From Mobula hypostoma (Eukaryota): a stretch of DNA of 64,000 nucleotides. The notes under the pieces are model-generated. The model ran no database searches. It was given only the letters and a program-made list of their open reading frames with translations, and was not told the DNA's origin. A program made the translations under genes and the position numbers. The stretch covers positions 151,466,001 to 151,530,000 of the forward strand of contig NC_086101.1 in NCBI RefSeq assembly GCF_963921235.1. Direction: 5' to 3'. This document shows positions 23,457-36,919 of this stretch, one piece after another (positions within the stretch are counted from its first letter, which is position 1; each line of letters begins with the position of its first letter).

Positions 23457-23960
23457 CCAACCCCAGGCCTGTGCCAGGCCTCCTGCCCTTGTCATCGGAT
23501 TCTCAGACTTACAGATATCGGGCCTCCAACTTTGGACTTCACCCCAAGAATCTATTACGGATTTGCACTGGGCCTCTGACCCTGATGACACAGGCCCTTG
23601 TGAGTCCTTTAGACCCTCATGGCCCCTTTGGGCCTCTACCTTCAGGCTTCTACTTCCAGGCTCGCCATGTTCTGGGCTTCAACTTTTGGCTTTGTCCTCC
23701 GGACTTTGCTGGTTTGACCTTCAGGCCTCTACTTTCAGACTCACATAGACCTCAACTTCTTGACTCGCACAGCCCTCCAACCCCGGTGACCTGGGGGATC
23801 ACCAGCCTTTGTGACTCCCACCCATATCTGGGATGTCACCTGTACAGGCTTCCAGCCCAGAAACGGTATCTGACCTGGGGATCCTGGTCTCCTCAGTGCC
23901 TGCAATATAACTTCCTGGATCACCTATGTTCAACCGCGGAGCACTTGAATCTATTCACCA
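23172..23960 (-). mobile_element. Rex1-like LINE 3' UTR with low-complexity repeats
   Basis: Tail-like tcagatttat..tgtatcatttgtgctaacaaccaacacacccaaggatgtg; a related copy lies at 32080-32460. Confidence 0.5.
23387..23452. repeat. Compound microsatellite (CT)n-(CG-rich)-(CA)n
   Basis: Directly visible. Confidence 0.95.
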
Positions 23961-24299
23961 TCTGAATCCTGGTTGCACAGTGCAGAAACAGGCCTATTAC
24001 ATCCGTGCTGCGAAACAAATGTCCATTTATACTGGATGTGAATGTGGATTTCAGATGTGGATGTTAAATGAAGCCAGATCAGAATTAACAGTAACATTCT
24101 GTCAACCAAGCAGTCTGTTGGCATTCAGCACCTTGGCTTACAAATTAGGAATTGCTCAAATATTGCCAAAGACTTAAACCAAAATACTGAAGAGATCATC
24201 ATCTTTAGAAGCTGATTGAAAAAAAAACTAAGAATGGGATAAAATATATGAGGACCTCCTTAAAAATAATATATGCATGTTTGAACCCACTTGGCATCA

Positions 24300-25120
24300 C
24301 AGAGTCATAGAATAATGCATCACTGCAAGGCTCTCGATGCTGAAAACAACATTCTCTCTGCTAGACCCCATTCGGCTCATAACCCTTTGAGTACCTATCC
24401 AAGTGCTTCTTAAATGTTGCATTTGCATTTGATTGTACCCATCTCATCCACATTTTCTGGCAGTTCATTCCAGGTTCTCACTACCCTATTTGCAAAGAAG
24501 TTTCCTCTCAGGTCTTTTAAATCCATCCCCTCTTATCTTCTGACTGTGTTCTCTAGTTTTGGAATCACCAACTCTATAACCATCTACCTTATCTATAGCC
24601 CTTGTGGTTTAAAAAAAAACTTCTCTGAGGTCATCCCTCATTCTCCTGCACTCTAGGGAATGAAGATCTAGGTAGCTAACCTCCCCCATAATTCTGGCCC
24701 TCTAGCCCAGAAAGTATCCTCATAAACCCTTCTGTGTTCTCTCCAGCTTGACAATGTCTTTCCCAAAACAGCCTGGCCAAAACTGTACACAATACTCCAG
24801 GTGCAGCCTGAACACTGACTTATAAACCTGCACAGTAAAGTCCCTACTCCTAAACTTGATGACCTGACTGATGAAGGCCAGCATGCCAAATACATTTTAG
24901 ACCACCCTGTCTACTTGCTTACTTTCAGTAACCTGTGCACTTGTACTCCCAGGTCCCTCTGTTTCACAACAGGGTAATGCCCTGCCATTCACTACAAAAG
25001 TTACACCCTGGTTTGACTCTACAAAATGTCTCACCTCACACTTAATTAAATTGACATCGATTTGCCATTCCTCAGCCCATCTCTCTATCTGATCAAGATC
25101 ACTTTGTAACTCCTTTCAAC
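24300..25120 (-). mobile_element. Old CR1 3' fragment
   Basis: Reverse complement carries LHLEYCVQFWP-type coding and the CR1 3' UTR. Confidence 0.8.
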
Positions 25121-25379
25121 ATCAATAATTCTGCTTATTGAAGTACCCATGGCTGTGACTGTGGTTTGCAGCTGTAGTCATCCAAAACGGGAATATCTGA
25201 TGATTCCCATCGGAGCTATATGCAAGGAGTCATCACTTAGTGGCGCCATCTTACAACACCAGTCAGGATATTCTCTGCTGTGCATCTACAGAATTTTGTG
25301 TATCAATAGATTTTTATGCACACTTTGAAAGGGGGAATAAAACTAAATCTAGGGAATCCCTGGAGCATAGTGACCCTGT

Positions 25380-27255
25380 GATCTCTGTTTCAGAGGCCAA
25401 TGTCAGAATATCTTTCAAGAGGCATCAGACCCTAATGGTGTACCTGGTTGGGCACTGAAAACATGAGTCACCAACTGTTGGGAGTGTTCAAGGACATCTT
25501 CAATATGTCACTGCTGCAGTTGGAAGTTCCCATCTGCTTCAAAAGGCGACAAACGTACGAGTGCCTAAGAAGAGCAGGGTGTGTTACTTCAATGACTATC
25601 ACCCAGTGCCATTTACATCTACTGTAACAAAGTGCTTTGAGAGGTTGTTCATGGCTAGAATCATCTCCTGCCTAAGCTAGAACCTGGACCCACTACAGTT
25701 TGCCCATCACCACAATAGGTCCACAGTGGATGCAATTGCACCGGCTCTCCAGTGGGCTTTGGATCACCTGGACAATAGCCGTACCTGTGTCAGGCTGCTG
25801 TTAACTGATAAAAGCTCAGCATTCAACATAATCGTATCCTTAGTTCTAATCAACAGGCTCAAAAACCTGGGCCTCTGTACTCCCCTCTGCAGCTGGATCC
25901 TTGACTTCCTCACCAGGAGACCGCAGTCTGTGCGGATCAGAAATACCATTTCCTCTTTGCTGACAATCAACACTGACTCACTTCAAGAATGCATGCCTAA
26001 CCTATTGCTTTACTCTCTCTCCACTCACCATGGTGATGAGAAGGCTCAGAATGTGAGATGGATCAGCTGGTTGAGTGGTGTCACAGCAATAACCTTGCAT
26101 TCAATCTCAGTAGAACAAAGGAATTGATTGTGGACTTCAAGAAGGGGAAGTCGAGGGGAGACACACCAGCCCTCATCTAGAGAAAGTGGAAGGACTGAGC
26201 AGCTTTAAATTCCTGGGTGTCAACATCTCTGAAGATCTACCCTGGGCCCAACATATTGATGCAATTGCAAAGAAGGCATGACAGTGGCTATATTTCATTA
26301 CGAGTTTGAGGAGAATTGGTATGTCACCAAAGACACTCACAAATGTGCCATGGAGATTCTATCTCAGATATACCATGACATTCTAACTGGTTGTATTACC
26401 ATCTGGTATAATCTCCCCAGCATCCAGGAAATCTTCAAACGGTGATGACTCAAAAAGGCAACATCCATCATTAAGGACATGCCCTTTTCTGATGCTACCA
26501 TCAAGGAGGAGGTACAGGAGCCTGAAGACACACAGTCAATGTTTTAGGATCGGCTTTTTCATCTCCGCTATGAGATTTCAGAATAGACAATGAACCCGTC
26601 AACACTTCCTCAGTATTTTTCCCTCTCTTTTTGCACTAATTTTTTTTAGATATTATAATTTATAGTTTTTATTTCTATGTATTGCAGTGTACTACTGCCA
26701 CAAACAACAAATTTCATGACATTTTGAACCTGATTCTAATTCTGATTCTGTTTGTATCACGGCCTGGTATGGAAGCCCTGATACCCAAAAATGGAAACGC
26801 CGATAAAATATTATCGATACAGCCCAGTCCTTCAGAGGAAAAACTGCTTCCACCTTTGACCACATCTATAAGGAGTGCTGCCACAAGAAGAAAGCATCTA
26901 TCATCAAGGACCCCCACCATTCACACCATGATCTCTTCTCACTCTGCCACCAGGAAGGAAGTTCAGAAGCCTTAGGTCCCACACCACCAGTTGCAGGAAC
27001 ATTTACTACCCTTCATCCATCAGGCTTCTCAAGCAGCATGGATCACCTCCAAGAACTCTACAACTCACATCCTCAATATTATTTATTTATTTATTGTATT
27101 TGCACATTAGTTGCTTATCAGTCTTTGTTTATGTACAGTTTTTCATTGATTCTGTTGTATGTCTTTGTTCTTCTATTAATGCACGCAAGAAAATTAATCT
27201 CAATGCTTAGTGACATACAGTATTCATAACACTAATAATAAATTTACTTTGAGCT
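25380..27255 (+). mobile_element. Two tandem Rex1/Babar LINE fragments (RT part plus 3' ends)
   Basis: ALDHLDNSRTCVRLLLTDKSSAFNII, WILDFLTRRPQSVRI; (attctg)n tail at about 26725-26750 directly followed by a second copy. Confidence 0.88.
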
Positions 27256-28239
27256 TTTCAGGTCAGCCTGCCATGCTAACTTACTAAAATCTATACAGAA
27301 AAATCCACTGCCATAATTTCATCTACCTTCTTAGTTACCTCTTTGAAAAACTCTAAATCTTCATCAGACATGACTTCCCAAGCACAAAACCACACTGACT
27401 ATTCCTGATCAGGTCTTGACTATCCAAGTGATCGTAAAAATGGGTTTTCTTGAAAGAAAATGGATTTGTTTGATGTTAGACACAGTCAGATAGTTCCTCA
27501 TTCTGGTTCATTATTTTAGAATGTTGACTCATGGTGACGGATTAAGTGAATGAGGAAGAAAGTGTAAATTTTTAGAAGTAGGGTTAATTATGTCCAGAAA
27601 TATTTGACTGCGGAATCTGATTTAACATAACACATGGAATCATTGGCAATACAAGTAGAACATAGAACACAGAATAGTATAGAACAGGAACAGACCCTTC
27701 AGCTCACAGTGTCTGTGCCAAACATGATAACAAATTGAACTAAATCTCTTCTGTTTGCACATGATGCAAGTCAGGTTAAGATAGCGCTATCGACTACCAG
27801 CTTTCTGGTAGTCAAAAAGCTAAGAAATCCAACTGAAAACATAACTAAGAATACCTTTTCTGAAGTAAATTGTGTAAAATTATCATTGCCAACAGTGAAG
27901 GGGTGAGCAATGGCGAGGTGAGTTTGGGGGATGAGCTGAGATGATATGTTGCAGAATTGTTGCAGATGGAGTTCCGATGCCATACAGCTGGACCGGGAGC
28001 AAGGTTGGATCGCTCTGGGCACCAAGCTGATTTGAAGAGCTTCAGAGTGGTTTCGGGCTGGTCAATAAAATCTGGGCCCAGAGTGGCTCATTATGCAGCG
28101 TGGTCTAGGCCCAAAGCCTTTCACTGCAGCTGGGTCCTAGTACAAGTTCTAGTCGCTGTTTAGATAGTTTAAATGCCCACCCAAATCGGAGGCGAAAGCT
28201 GATTTCACTCACTCTCCGTGATGTTCAGCCTATTCAGGG

Positions 28240-30270
28240 TGCCAGAGCCTTTTGCTTTTCCATTGGGGATGGGAACGAGAGTGATAGGGCTGAGGAAGGG
28301 GAAAAGAGAAATAAACCAAAGATAGAGTGCAACAGAGATGAAAGAAAGGACAGGCAGAAGATGAGGCATAGTCACAGCCAGTGGGATGAGTTACAGGGCA
28401 ACAGAGGCATGGTCCAATTAAAACAGAAAGCAACAAGTACTGGACTGAAAGTGTTGTATTTGAAGGTACGTAGCATAAGGAATGAAATGGGCAATCTTGA
28501 AATTCAGCTACAGATTGGCAAGTATGACATTGTGGCCATCTCTGAAACTTGGCAAAGGGATGGCTGCCATTGGGAGCTGAATGTCCAAGGATATATGGTG
28601 TATCAGAAAGATAGGTTAGTAAGCAGAGGGGGTGGTGTGTCTCTGTGTATAAAAACTAATATTAAATCATTAGAAATGAATGACATAGGATCGGAGGGTG
28701 TAGAGTCTCTATGGGTTGAGTTAAGAAATGGCAAGGGTGAAAGGATCCTAATGGCAGTTGTATACAGGCTTCCAAACAGCAGCCGGGATGTGGATTACAA
28801 ATTACAGCAGGAGATAGAAAAGGCGTGTCAGAAGGGCAAAGTCATGGTAATTGTTGGGGATTTTAACATGAAAATGAATTGGGAAAACCAGGCCAGTACT
28901 GGACCTCAAGAGAGAGAATTTCTAGAATGTCTAAGGGATAGCTTTTTAGAACAGCTTATTTTTGAACCCACTAGGGGATTGGCTGTGCTGGATTGGGTGT
29001 TGTGTAATGATCTGGAGGTGATAAGAAAGCTTAAGGTTAAGGAACCCTTAAGGAACAGTGATCACAATATGATCAAGTTCACTTTGAAATTTGAGAAGAA
29101 GAAACTAAATTCCAATGTGTCAGTATTTCATTGGAATAAAGGGAATTACAATGGCATGAGAGGGGAACTGGCCAAGGTTGACTGGAAAGGGACACTAGCA
29201 GGAAGGACAGCACAGCAGCAATGGCTGGAGTTTCTGCGAAAAATGAGGGAAGTACAAGACAGATATATTCTAAATAAGAAGAAATTTTTGAATGGAAGGA
29301 CACTACCGTGGCTGACAAGTAAAGTCAGAGCCAAAGTAAACGCAAAAGAGAGGGCATACAAGGAAGCCAAAGCTAGTGGGAAGATAGAGGATTGGGAAGC
29401 TTTTAAAAACTTGCAGAAGGAAACTAAGAAGATCATTAGGAAGGAAAAGATGAATCATGAAAGGAAGCTGGCGACCAATATCAAAGGAGATACTAAAAGC
29501 CTTTTTAAGTATATAAAGGGTAAAAGGGAGTTGAGGGTAGATATAGGACCAATAGAAAATGATGCTGGAGATATTGTAATGAGAGATGCAGAGACGGCAG
29601 AAGAACTGAATGCGTATTTTACATCAATCTTCGCGGTGGTAGGCATCTGCAGTATACTGGACATTCAAGAGTGTCAGGGAAGTGAAGTATGTGCAGTGAA
29701 GATTACGACTGAGAAGGTGCTCAGGAAGCTTAATAGTCTGAGGGTGGATAAATGTCCTGGACCTGATGGAACGCACCATTTGGTTCCGAAGGAAGTAGCT
29801 GGAGAGATTGCGGAGGTATTAACAATGATCTTTCAAGAATCGATAGATTCTGGCATTGTACCGGATGACTGGAAAATTGTAACTGTTACTCCACTATTTA
29901 AGAAGGGTGGGAGGCAGCAGAAAAAAACTATAGACCTGATAGACCTGACATCAGTGGTTGGGAAGTTGTTGGAATCGATTGTTAGGGATGAGATTACGGA
30001 ATACCTGGAGGCACATGACAAGATAGGCCAAAGCCAGCATGGTTTCCTGAAAGGAAAATCTTGCCTGACTAACCAACTGCAATTTTTGAGGAAATTACAA
30101 GCAGGGTAGACAAAGGAGATGCAGTAGATGTGGTGTACTTTGATTTTCAGAAGGCCTTTGACAAGGTGCTGCATATGAGGCTGCTTGGCAAGATAAGAGT
30201 CCATGGAATTACGGGGGAGTTACTAGCATGGGTGGAGCATTAGCTGATCGGCTGAAAACAGGGAGTGGGC
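28240..30270 (+). mobile_element. CR1 LINE, ORF2 endonuclease plus N-terminal RT, truncated by a PLE pLTR
   Basis: Contains the 582-aa ORF; frameshifted continuation VDVVYFDFQKAFDKV to about 30270. Confidence 0.95.
28361..30109 (+). pseudogene. CR1 ORF2 fragment (APE endonuclease, linker, start of RT), 582 codons
   Basis: AISETW, GDFN, LDWVL, SDHNMI, VTPLFKKG, SQHGFLKGKSC. The RT catalytic ADD motif is absent. Confidence 0.85.
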
Positions 30271-30274
30271 ATAC

Positions 30275-30440
30275 TAGGGCCTCTGCCCCTTCCCCCTACA
30301 GTCCTGACGAAGGGTTCCAGCCCGAAACGTTGACTCATCATTTCCACGGATGCTGCCCGACCTGCTGAGTTCCTCCAGTCATCACTCCATAGATGCTGCC
30401 TGACTTGCTGAGTTCCTCCGGCATTTTGTGTGTGTAGCTT
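30275..30440 (+). mobile_element. PLE pLTR fragment(s) with hammerhead
   Basis: Matches 21893-21990; the downstream gatgctgcc..ctgagttcctcc segment is duplicated. Confidence 0.85.
30300..30335 (+). ncRNA. Minimal type-I hammerhead ribozyme, intact core
   Basis: agtc-CTGACGA-a-gggttccagccc-GAAA-cGTT-gact; stem I agtc/gact; palindromic ACGT stem III. Confidence 0.75.
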
Positions 30441-33127
30441 AATATGCTTGATATGTATTAAACACTGGTTAGGCCCCAGCTGCCATATTCAGACCATTTC
30501 TGAGCACCACATTTTAGGAAAGATGTCAAAACCTTAAAGAGGATGCAAAGGAAATTTGCCAGGGATTAATTATGTGGAGAAACCAGACAAAATAGGATTA
30601 TTCAACTGATAGCACAAAATGTTTTGGAGATTTAATGAGTGTGTTTTAAATTATAGATGTTATGTTTTGTAACTGTTTCTTTGCTGCACTGTTCTATGTT
30701 TTTTTTAAAAGAATAGCCTTTGTGCTCATTGAGTTCTGAGTTCTGAGCTCATTGCTTGAAAGGCCATTGGAAACAACTATAACTTTCAAAAAGGAAATGG
30801 AAATTTGGGAAAGAGAAATTGAGATAGAGCTATGAAGAAAGGATGGGGTTTTATGAAATAATAACTGTTTTCAAATATGAGCTGAAGGGCAATAGACTGA
30901 TTGGCTTTTCTCTGTGCTGTGAAACAGGCCCTGTGAAAACAGAATGATTGGAAGATGAAGAGCATGAATAACAAGTTACATTGGAGCTGACAAATCCCAG
31001 TCAAAGCTCAATCTTATCTGAAAGTGAGAGAATTCTGATAACTATGCCAAACTCAAACTTGCCAGTTTAAGGTTCTATAGCTTTGAATTTTAAAACTTGC
31101 AGCTGTGGTACGCATTTCACGTCGCCAGAGAGGGGAGGCACAAGATGCTAATGTCGCTGCATCTATTTTAGCTTGGTAGCAGTGTGAAAATTTGCTTTGT
31201 TAACAGTGTGAGTTACAGTGAATTAGCAACTAGCTTTCCACCAACTGATTTCAAATGTGCTGCTTGTTCAAAAGTGTCCATTGATGGCTTTCCCTTTGAA
31301 CATCTACCATATTAGATCGCTTCCTAAACGTGGTCGTGTATATTGCCATCAGATTAAATTAAAAATAAAATAAATGCATTGCTCCAACAACCACTTTTCC
31401 TTTGCTATTCTTTGTAATAAGTTTCTGGTTAACGTAATAGCAAGACATGTAAGACTGCCATATATAGAAAATACAAAGATTATTTTCAAAGACATAAAAC
31501 ATAATGATATTTGTGATGGCTGGGAAGAAGGATTCCTAGCTGAACGTGATTTTATTCTTATAATGAAGTATTTTTTTCAACTAACCTTGGCTTTTGGTAA
31601 CCATAACAACACCACCATCTGGTATGAAAACAGCCCTGGATTTCCCTAAAATGTTCATGAAGAGAAAAGACCAAGCTTTCTTGCTAATTAGGTCATTGAA
31701 GGACTGGTTTTGCTCCAAATTAATTTTTCATGATGTTTTTCAGTTGTGGATTGATTAATTTCCCACACTTTCCTTTCTCATGCACAGCAATGCACCAGTT
31801 AATTTAACCCATTTCCTTGAAGCCTATGTAAGTTACAGCTAACATGCAACTGGGCAACCAGTCAGATCAAAACAATGCTAATTCTGCAGACTTGTCCATC
31901 AGATGTCCCAATGCAAGTACGAATTCTGTGCAATTCCCAGAATATCAATGCAGCTGTGCAGCACGCTTATTTGGGTGCTCATTAAGGGAACAAGAAAGAG
32001 CCAGAACCTCCTACAGAACTTAAAGTGAAAGAATATTGAAATCTCCACCCTGGCTAGAAAGGGAGCTGCCATGATATTAGGTTTGGATTCAGATTTATTT
32101 ATCACATGTACATCAAAACATATAGTGAAATGTGTCATTTGTGTTAACAACTAACCCACCCAAGGATATTCTGGGGTCGGCTTGTAAGTGTAGCTAGATA
32201 TTCTGGCACCGATATAGCATCCCCATAATGCTTGGCAGAACAACACAGAACACAACAAAAACAGAACATACCAAGCAACAATGCAATACAGTGAAACAAG
32301 CCCTATTTCTCCCTTCCTTCTACTAACCCACCCTGCACATACACAGTCCGTCTTCAGCCCCCGGTCTCCAGTGAACCCGTGCGTTCTCAGACACTGCGTC
32401 CCAACTTCTCCAGTGGACTTGCAGAGATTCACAGACTTGGGGCTTTGGCCATCAGGCCTAGATTGTTCCAGATTCCAACATCTGTAGTCTCTTTTATCCT
32501 CAGAAATTGTCTGGTGGTTTAAATTCCTGTTCCTGCCAAGCAGGTATGGAATCATAGATATAATTAATGATATAGACCACAGACCAAGGCCAGTCTCAAC
32601 TTTGCCTTAACTGTAGTTGTCACCCTTCTTATTCAGCAGTATCGATGACCACCTCTTTAATTAAATCTAGAGTCACAAAACACCATCTTAGAGCAGGAAT
32701 CCTAATTAATGCATCAACCAAAGGAGAAGTTCCAAATCAAACTGTATTAAATGGTAACATGAGTGGATGAGTAAAAATCTTTGATCTAATTGATGGGAGG
32801 CTACTCTACTTTATTTTTCTTCTTCACAGGGAGTCTGGGATAATTTGCTGTCATTCTGGTTTTGAGGGTTTTGATGAGGCCAAAGTGGGCAGGAGTCAGT
32901 GGGTGGGTGGTTTGTGAGGTGGAACTCTAATTCTGCCACTTACACAGAGCTACTGAGTGTTCCCAATGCTTGCACTCAAGGTTCCCCATTCCACCTTGAA
33001 TGCTCTCTCTACACATTCTGTTGTCATAAGTCAGAGGTTCCAGGGTATCAGTGGGAGCATTTCACTTCTTCAAGGAAACTTTGATTTTTTTTTTGCTCCG
33101 TCCACTGGTAACACAAGAGATCTTTAA

Positions 33128-33230
33128 GTAAGTCCTGATGAAGGGACTCGGCCCAAAATGTCGACTGTACTCTTTTCCATAGATGTGCCTGGCTGCTGAG
33201 TTCCTCCATCACTTTGTGTGTGTTGCCTGT
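33128..33230 (+). mobile_element. Short PLE pLTR insertion starting at the hammerhead, 8-bp TSD
   Basis: atctttaa occurs at 33120-33127 and 33231-33238. Core agtc-ctgatga..aaaa (G12 mutated). Confidence 0.75.
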
Positions 33231-33981
33231 ATCTTTAAAAGAGTGTCTGTTTAGGGAGTCTGTTGCTGTTAGTACATCTTCAATACCATGCACACACTAT
33301 TTGGAACTTTCCATTCATCTTACCTTGCATAGCTCCATGTCCCTTTGAACACGACTATCCCACATGTCATTCAGCATTTACAGACCTGTAAGCCACTTGA
33401 GAACATCCATGTGACTCTTGACCAACCATGATATGACAACCTGTACGTTCCACCGTCCATTTGTCTCCAGTAATAGTCCCTTGTATGGAGTATCCTACCT
33501 CACCAGGATGTGTCTGCAGACGATATTAGGAACCTGGAGTGGGAATCAATTCCTCACGTGCTTTCCTGGTGATTTGAATTCTGCATCATGAGTTGACCCT
33601 GCTGATTAGATATATGAACCAAAGATATGGGCAAGAATTTTTACAATCTGTTTTCATCACCATAGTCTTTATATTGTTCTTTTCTGCAGCTATGGCAAAT
33701 TGCAGCCAATTTGTGTATTGCTCAGTTCTCAGACTAAACGTTAGATGGAATTTAACAATATTGAACTCAACAAATAAAGTTAATGCTTGGTTCCCTGAAT
33801 TCTACAAATTATAATATTGCCTAGCTTTGTCAGATTGCCCTTTTAATTAGACAACCCGATTTAATATTGGCCAGTGTTCTAGAGTACTGAGGGTCTGGGT
33901 CTTATTTTATTTCAAAATATAACATCAAGTACATAAAAAAAAGCACATTTTGCTAGTGATCACATTTCCATTCAATACATA

Positions 33982-34509
33982 CATTCCATGGCCACTTTAT
34001 TAGGTACACCTGTATACCTGCTCATTAATACAAATATCTAATCAGCCAGTCATGTGGCAGCAATTCAGTGCATAAAAGCATGCAGACATGGTCAAGAGTT
34101 TCAACTGTTGTTCAGACCAAACATCAGAATGAGGAAGAAATGTGATCTAAGAGACTTTGACCATGGAATTATTGTTGGTGCCAAATGGGTGTTAAGTATC
34201 TCAGAAAGTATTGATCTCCTGGGATTTTCATGCACAGTAGTCTCTAGAGTTTACCGAGAATGGCGTGAAAGACAAAAATAATCCAGTGAATAGCAGTTCT
34301 GTGGGTGAGAATCCTTGTTAATGAGAGAGATCAGAGGCCAGACCTTTACAAGCTGACAGGAAGGCAACAGTAACTCAGATAACCATGTGTTACAATAGTG
34401 GTGTTGCGTCTCTGAAACAGCAACACATCAAACCCTGAGGACCATGAATGTACACACAGAGGCCATTTTATTAGATACAGGAGGTACCTAATAAAGTGGC
34501 CACTGAGTG
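33982..34509 (+). mobile_element. Tc1-derived non-autonomous DNA transposon
   Basis: TA flanks; TIR (cactcag)tggccactttattaggtac; internal Tc1 N-terminal HTH remnant MRKKCDLRDFDHGIIVGA..LLGFS..VSRVYREW. Confidence 0.88.
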
Positions 34510-34659
34510 TAGTTTACTTAACCAGTGGAGAACCTGAAACATAATTAAATTATTTAAAAACTGTTGCAATTGAGTGACAATGCTTCATTCACGAGTTAGG
34601 AGGAAGTCAGTGAGATAAAAGTACCAAAGTAAGTAAAAAGTTAAAAAAAAAACTGTAGA

Positions 34660-34845
34660 TGCAAGAAATCTGAAGCAAAACTAGAAAAGGTGGAAAACAC
34701 TCACTGGCCAAATAGCACCTGTAACGAGAGAAGTCACATTAACATTTCAAGCACAGATGAAATGTTACTGACCTGAAATATTAACCTTCTTATTCTACCA
34801 CACAGCTGCTAACCTGTTGAGATCTCCAGCATGTTCTCTTTGTAA
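34660..34845. mobile_element. Old head-to-head PLE pLTR remnant
   Basis: Minus-oriented ctgtagatgc..aacatttca followed by plus-oriented gatgaa..acctgaaatattaac..gctgctaacctgttgagatctccagc. Confidence 0.55.
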
Positions 34846-35269
34846 TTCTCAAAAATAAAAAAGACTGTCAAGTCACAGAGAATGGTGACACCTCAGACAT
34901 TTCATTTTCCTTTGTCATTTTACATAATTGAAATATTGTTAAGCTGACTTTGAGTGCTATGAACAACTCTGGGGAAGGGCCTACTCTGATACAGGTATCT
35001 CAAATAATGATACAGAGCACTTGTGTTTATATTTCTTTATGCTGTTTCAGTATTAGCCTGTAAGTTCTTGACGACATAGAACATAGGTACATTGGTCATC
35101 TTCACTGGCATAATAAGAAATGCACTATAAATCTGACATTGCAAATCCTTTAGAAATCACTTAGCATTTTTATCATTAGATCATAGTCCCCACATACAAA
35201 TTGGTGCCTCATTCTCAGTGAAACTAATGCAATCTCTGTAATTATTAAACCTACATACATCTTAAATCC

Positions 35270-35552
35270 AGGAGTTCCTGCAGATGCTGGAAGTTTTGAG
35301 CAACACACACAAAATGTGGAGGAACTCAGCAGGCCAAGCAGCATCTAAAGATAGGAGTAAACAGTCGTCATTTCAGGCTGAGATCCTTCATCAAGGCTGG
35401 AAAGGAAGGGAGAAAAAACCAGAATAAGAAGTTTGGGAGAGGGGAAGGAGTGCAAGCTGGCAGGTGATGGGGAAAGGTGGATGGGTGGGGAAGGAGGGAT
35501 GAAGTAAGAAGCTGGGAGGTGATAGGTGGAAGAGGTGAAGGGCTGAAGAAGG
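35270..35552 (-). mobile_element. PLE pLTR/3' UTR fragment with degenerate hammerhead
   Basis: Homologous to 62820-63000 and 58700-59050. Confidence 0.85.
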
Positions 35553-36919
35553 ATTTTATTTTCTCCCATTTCAGCTTGATTGCCGAAACTGATAGTTGGC
35601 ATTAATATTTAAATCTGACGAGAATTTCTATTAATTTTACACTCCGCTGTATAACTTCTCCAGTGCAGAATGAAAATACGCAACTGAAAACAATAACTTT
35701 ACAAGTTTATTTTTGTGTGGGAGAAACATCTACTTTTCTGGGTCATGATACTTAATATATATTAAAATATTGGAACATGAAAATAAGGTAAAATGGAATA
35801 TAATTAAAAGGCCTTAAATTTCAATACACAATATAAATTTTGTTAATTAGCTGGCTTAGAGCATTTTTAAAAAACTGAACTAGTGAAGCAATTGTTTTTC
35901 CTATTAGTTGAAGATTTAATCGGTTCATTGTTCTTCATTTGAAAATTATCCCAATGTCTAAAATTAGTGTTTCAGTTATCTGTAACATGGAGTAAAATAC
36001 TGTGTGAAATCAGAAAAAGAAAAGTAAGGGAACAAAAAAAAACTCCAAAACCATGCAGGATGTTCATGTGTGGGGGAGGTGGTGAAGGGAGGGAAGGGAA
36101 TGGTATCAGGTTTCACACATTGAATGGGGAGGAAGTAGTCCCACACTACAGCAAGGGCAAGTTATCAAATAATGACTTTCTGGGAATTCAGAATAGGTTG
36201 TCCCACTTAATCATTAGGCTGCACAGGGTGCAAACATCTGTACGTCTTTGAGTATTCTAATAAAGAAAGAATATTTATTAACAGTGTTACAGAAGAAACA
36301 ATCTAGATTATATACTGTCAACTGCTGCTAATATTGTTAACTGCATCAACAATGTGCACCAGATTAAACCTGTTTACTTCAGCACATCTGAATTTATCTG
36401 GAACAGAAATTTACGCAGACGCTAAATTTCTGTTATTACAGCCAGATGTTAATTCCCCTTTAATATTAAAGGGTAACATCCAAAAGCAAGAGCATGTTTA
36501 GAGGAAAAAAGTAAATTGCTGGAGGAGCTCAGTGGGTCAAGCAGCATCTGCGGAGGCAGAGGGATGTCAACATTTTCATTTAACACCCTGGATTAGGACT
36601 ATGAGCAAAAATGCTCCTTCCTTTGATTCAGACAGAGTACTTAAAATCATATTATTTCAGTAGTTTAAAATGAGAAAGCACTATAAAATGTCTGAAGTGC
36701 CAACGTGTCTTGTGATACAACAGTCTTTGTTATTTGTGAATTTTATAGAGACAGAACCAAGGTTAATATTTTGGGTCAACAACCTCCCATCTGTGTTTGA
36801 AAGGCTATCAATCTGAAATATGAATGTAATATTTCTTTCATTACAGGTGCAAATCCTGTTACAGGGTCTGGATCCCAAAAGTTGACCATATGTTTGCTCC
36901 TACAGATGCTGCTCAATGT

